From contig BEHN01000003.1 of the NCBI GenBank assembly GCA_002898535.1, positions 192,952 to 256,951 on the forward strand: a DNA stretch of 64,000 nt. The letters run 5' to 3'. The DNA comes from a bacterium HR11 (GTDB taxonomy: Bacteria; Acidobacteriota; HRBIN11). Below the pieces are notes generated by a model. It saw nothing but the letters and a program-made list of their open reading frames with translations. It searched no databases and was not told the origin of the DNA. Below, in pieces: positions 61,166-64,000 of this stretch (position 1 is its first letter; every line of letters starts with the position of its first letter). Position numbers and translations under genes: made by a program.

Positions 61166-62134
61166 ATGGAACGTCGAGGCACGTGGTCCGCCGTCGGCTT
61201 GTTGTTACTCACGACGACGGTGTGGGCCGGCACATTTCCGGTCTACAAAATCCTCCTGACCGTCTGGACGCCCGTCCAGGTGCAGTTCTGGCGCTACACC
61301 CTGGGGACGGTCTGGATGCTCCTGCTGGGCCGCCTCCGGTTCGGCTCGCGGGACCTCCGGGACGTGGGCCGGGGCATCGGCATCGGCGCCGTCCTCTGGG
61401 GGGGCTTCACGGCCCAGGTTTACGGGATTCGCCACACGACGGCCTCCAAGGCGGCCTTCCTGATCGCCCTGCTGGTCCTCTTTGGTCCCCTGCTTTACTT
61501 CGGGATGGCCCGGCTGGACCCCCGGCGGCCGGTCCGGCAGGTGCCCCGCGGGTACGGCCTCTACTGGGCCCTGGCCCTGGTCGGGGTCAGCCTCCTGACC
61601 CTGCGGGACTGGACGTGGGATTGGAATCGGGGCGATACCTTCTCCGTGATGGCCGCCCTGGCCTTCGCCGTCCAGATGGTTTTGGTCGACCGATGGGTCG
61701 ACCCGACGGACGGCCGTTGGTACGCCTTCCTGCAGGTCGCCGCCGTGGCCGCGGGGACGGCCCTGTGGGCCCTGGTCCTCGGGGAGCCCCTGGTCGCTAA
61801 CTCGAACCCCCCGTGGGCCTGGGTGACGGCGGGGGCCCTCGGGCTCCTCCCCTCGTGGCTGGCCTTCGAGTGGCAGATGCGGGCCCAGCCCCGGCTTCAG
61901 ACGCCGATCGCCAGCTTCATCTATGCGATGGAGCCCCTCGAGGCGGCCTTCCTGTCGTGGGTCCTCCTGGGGGAGCGTCTGACGGCCAGCCAGTGGCTGG
62001 GCGGGTGTCTCATCGTCGGCGCCCTGCTGGGGACGTCCCTCTGGGCGACCGAGCCGATGGGACAAGGGATAGAAGGGGGTCGCGGGCGTCGGCGGCCCGT
62101 CGAGGCCCCGGTCCCGCGACCCCGCGTCGAGTAG
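61166..62134 (+). CDS. EamA/DMT-family transporter (10 TM)
   Basis: Two EamA half-domains of hydrophobic helices; GGTGAGG 8 nt before the ATG. Confidence 0.7.
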   Translation: MERRGTWSAVGLLLLTTTVWAGTFPVYKILLTVWTPVQVQFWRYTLGTVWMLLLGRLRFGSRDLRDVGRGIGIGAVLWGGFTAQVYGIRHTTASKAAFLIALLVLFGPLLYFGMARLDPRRPVRQVPRGYGLYWALALVGVSLLTLRDWTWDWNRGDTFSVMAALAFAVQMVLVDRWVDPTDGRWYAFLQVAAVAAGTALWALVLGEPLVANSNPPWAWVTAGALGLLPSWLAFEWQMRAQPRLQTPIASFIYAMEPLEAAFLSWVLLGERLTASQWLGGCLIVGALLGTSLWATEPMGQGIEGGRGRRRPVEAPVPRPRVE

Positions 62135-62146
62135 TATAAAGGGCTC

Positions 62147-62184
62147 TCCCCTGACCCTTCTTGCCCGGGGAAGGGAGAGACGTG
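62147..62184. terminator. Nested hairpin between convergent EamA and FN3-protein genes
   Basis: ctctccc...cccttc-ttgcccgg-ggaaggg-agag. Confidence 0.3.
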
Positions 62185-62219
62185 TTTCCGTCTCAGAAGC
62201 CCGCGCCTACTCTACTCCA

Positions 62220-64000
62220 TCAAGGTACTTGGAAAGCCAGGTCATCCCGGTCGTTGTAGGAGCCGGAGGTGCAGGCGGAGGCGGAGCCGCCGTAACGTTC
62301 CTGGACGCGGACGGCGTGGAGGCCCGAGACGTTCGCCAGGGTCATCGTCACCGAGAAGGTCTTGGCCTGACCGCTGACGTTGCACTGGAGGCCCGTCGCC
62401 ACGGCCGTCCAGGTCGGGCTGTTAGCGTTGGACGTGTAGTAGATGTCGACGTAGTCGCTGGTCCCCCAGCACCAGACGGTGGCGTCGATGCGGACCTGCT
62501 TGCCGGGGCCCAGGGCCGTCCCGTCGGTCGTCTGGACGACGATGCGGTCGACGCTCTCGTCGTTGTGGTAAGTGCCGCTGGTGCCGTCGGCGCAGGAGTT
62601 GTTGATCGTGTTGGGCTGATTCAGCTCGGCCTTGCCGGCGATGTTGTCCCGGCTGTCGATGAGGCTTCCCGTGTCACACCCGCAGATGTTGGACGCCCCG
62701 CACTTGGGAGCCTTCAGGGTCGCATCATAGGTCGCCCCCGTCGGCGTACAGGCGGCAGTGGTACCGACCTGGAAGATCAGGTCATCCCGGTCGTTGTAGG
62801 AGCCGGAGGTGCAGGCGGAGGCGGAGCCGCCGTAACGTTCCTGGACGCGGACGGCGTGGAGGCCCGAGACGTTCGCCAGGGTCATCGTCACCGAGAAGGT
62901 CTTGGCCTGACCGCTGACGTTGCACTGGAGGCCCGTCGCCACGGCCGTCCAGGTCGGGCTGTTAGCGTTGGACGTGTAGTAGATGTCGACGTAGTCGCTG
63001 GTCCCCCAGCACCAGACGGTGGCGTCGATGCGGACCTGCTTGCCGGGGCCCAGGGCCGTCCCGTCGGTCGTCTGGACGACGATGCGGTCGACGCTCTCGT
63101 CGTTGTGGTAAGTGCCGCTGGTGCCGTCGGCGCAGGAGTTGTTGATCGTGTTGGGCTGATTCAGCTCGGCCTTGCCGGCGATGTTGTCCCGGCTGTCGAT
63201 GAGGCTCCCCGTGTCACACCCGCAGATGTTGGACGCCCCGCACTTGGGAGCCTTCAGGGTCGCATCGTAGGTCGCCCCCGTCGGCGTACAGGCGCCGCCG
63301 CTGGCCGTCGTGAAGCTCCACGTCGCCGACCACGCGCTGGCGCCGCAGGAATTGACGGCCCGGGCTCGCCAGTAGTAGGTCGTGGCACTATTCAGGGCCG
63401 GCGAGACCGTCCATTGGCTGGCCGTCAGGCCCGTCTGGGACCGGACGACGGTCGCGCAGGCGCTGTCGGAACAGACCTGGACGTCGTAGGACGTGGCGCC
63501 CGTCACGTCGCTCCAGTCCAGCGTCGGGGTCGTGGACACGCCCGTCGCCCCGTTGGCCGGGCTGACCAGGGTCGGGGCCGACGGTGCCGTGCAACTCCCG
63601 GGGCTCGGCGTCACGCACGTGCACGTGCTGGCCGGGCCGAAACAGGCGTTGGAAGACCCGACGGCCATGACGACGTAGCAGTACGGACGACCGTTGGCGA
63701 CCTCCGTGTCGGTGAAGCTCGTCGACGTAACCGTCCCGATGAGGGTCTTCCCGAAATTACAGCCGGCGTGGCCCTCGGTCCGAAAGACCCAGTACTTGGC
63801 GGCGTTCGCGACAGAAGTCCACGAGAGGCCGACCTGATTGTCGCCCGGCGTGGCCGTCAGGGACGGGGCGCCCGTGGGGCCCGTCGAGCAACCGCTGTTC
63901 TGAGGGGTCGGCGTCGAGCAGGCGATGTTGTGGCGGTTGAAGGCCGCATAGATGGCCGTCATGTGGGGCGTCCCGTCGTTGAGGTTGCCGTTGTCGTCGT
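62220..64000 (-). CDS. Secreted repeat protein with fibronectin-type-III-like modules and two copies of a ~180-aa Cys-rich domain; N-terminus beyond window end
   Basis: FN3-like VGLSWTSVANAAKYWVFRTEG...GRPYCYVVMAV; frame stays open upstream of the tool's Met at 63962 (...DDNGNLNDGTPH-M...), so the gene probably continues past 64000. Confidence 0.55.
   Translation of the reverse strand, partial: DDNGNLNDGTPHMTAIYAAFNRHNIACSTPTPQNSGCSTGPTGAPSLTATPGDNQVGLSWTSVANAAKYWVFRTEGHAGCNFGKTLIGTVTSTSFTDTEVANGRPYCYVVMAVGSSNACFGPASTCTCVTPSPGSCTAPSAPTLVSPANGATGVSTTPTLDWSDVTGATSYDVQVCSDSACATVVRSQTGLTASQWTVSPALNSATTYYWRARAVNSCGASAWSATWSFTTASGGACTPTGATYDATLKAPKCGASNICGCDTGSLIDSRDNIAGKAELNQPNTINNSCADGTSGTYHNDESVDRIVVQTTDGTALGPGKQVRIDATVWCWGTSDYVDIYYTSNANSPTWTAVATGLQCNVSGQAKTFSVTMTLANVSGLHAVRVQERYGGSASACTSGSYNDRDDLIFQVGTTAACTPTGATYDATLKAPKCGASNICGCDTGSLIDSRDNIAGKAELNQPNTINNSCADGTSGTYHNDESVDRIVVQTTDGTALGPGKQVRIDATVWCWGTSDYVDIYYTSNANSPTWTAVATGLQCNVSGQAKTFSVTMTLANVSGLHAVRVQERYGGSASACTSGSYNDRDDLAFQVP
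62241..63293. repeat. Direct tandem duplication, 2 x 540 bp, ~99.6 % identical, inside the FN3-protein gene
   Basis: 62241-62753 matches 62781-63293 with 2 mismatches seen (62675 t/c, 62733 a/g). Confidence 0.85.

Noticed and set aside
62241-63293. Diversity-generating retroelement (TR/VR pair) in the FN3 protein
   Set aside because: The copies are adjacent and in-frame within one CDS and nearly identical, with no adenine-specific differences and no reverse transcriptase nearby.

Overview
This is a GC-rich (about 65-68 % by eye), gene-dense chromosomal window from a diderm bacterium. The phylum cannot be assigned from sequence alone. BamA, Skp, FabZ, LpxA, sigma-54, a type IV pilus platform and SLH-type cell-wall anchors all co-occur. 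The coding content is mostly housekeeping: metG, leuS, serS, clpC, gap, nrdJ (class II RNR), gmk, thrB, thiD, hemCD, queC, fcl and plsC. Many '+' ORFs in the supplied track are antisense shadows of real genes or read-throughs of intergenic repeats. I re-derived starts by hand, and most genes begin at an ATG 5-10 nt after a GGAGG-like Shine-Dalgarno. Several pairs overlap ATGA-style, which suggests translational coupling.

Two things stand out.

(1) A coherent sigma-54 regulatory module lies on the minus strand. A membrane-anchored enhancer-binding protein (GAFTGA motif) carries an extracytoplasmic double beta-propeller plus Y_Y_Y sensor. Three TGTGAC/GTCACA palindromes sit just downstream of its stop. 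They are followed by a perfect TGGCACG-N4-TTGCT -24/-12 promoter, a small membrane ORF, and a 1193-aa secreted beta-helix protein with three C-terminal SLH-like repeats.

(2) Nearly every intergenic region is filled with a mosaic of at least five repeat families. All are built on 7-bp (occasionally 8-bp) tandem periodicity and framed by inverted repeats. One family, the (CYTGCAT)n arrays, sits immediately upstream of and co-oriented with at least eight gene starts and looks promoter-associated. Another is a ~290-440 bp MITE-like element present as two inverted copies 27 kb apart.

Other notable loci:
- an lpxA-gnnA-like operon that lacks lpxD at the canonical position;
- a coupled TPR / SAMHD1-like dNTPase / pyrimidine-nucleotidase operon;
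- an outer-membrane protein that combines a zincin, a PD40 propeller and a beta-barrel;
- a 99.6 % identical 540-bp tandem duplication inside an FN3-repeat protein gene.

No rRNA, tRNA or CRISPR was found. All family and product names are from reading motifs by eye; no database search was possible.
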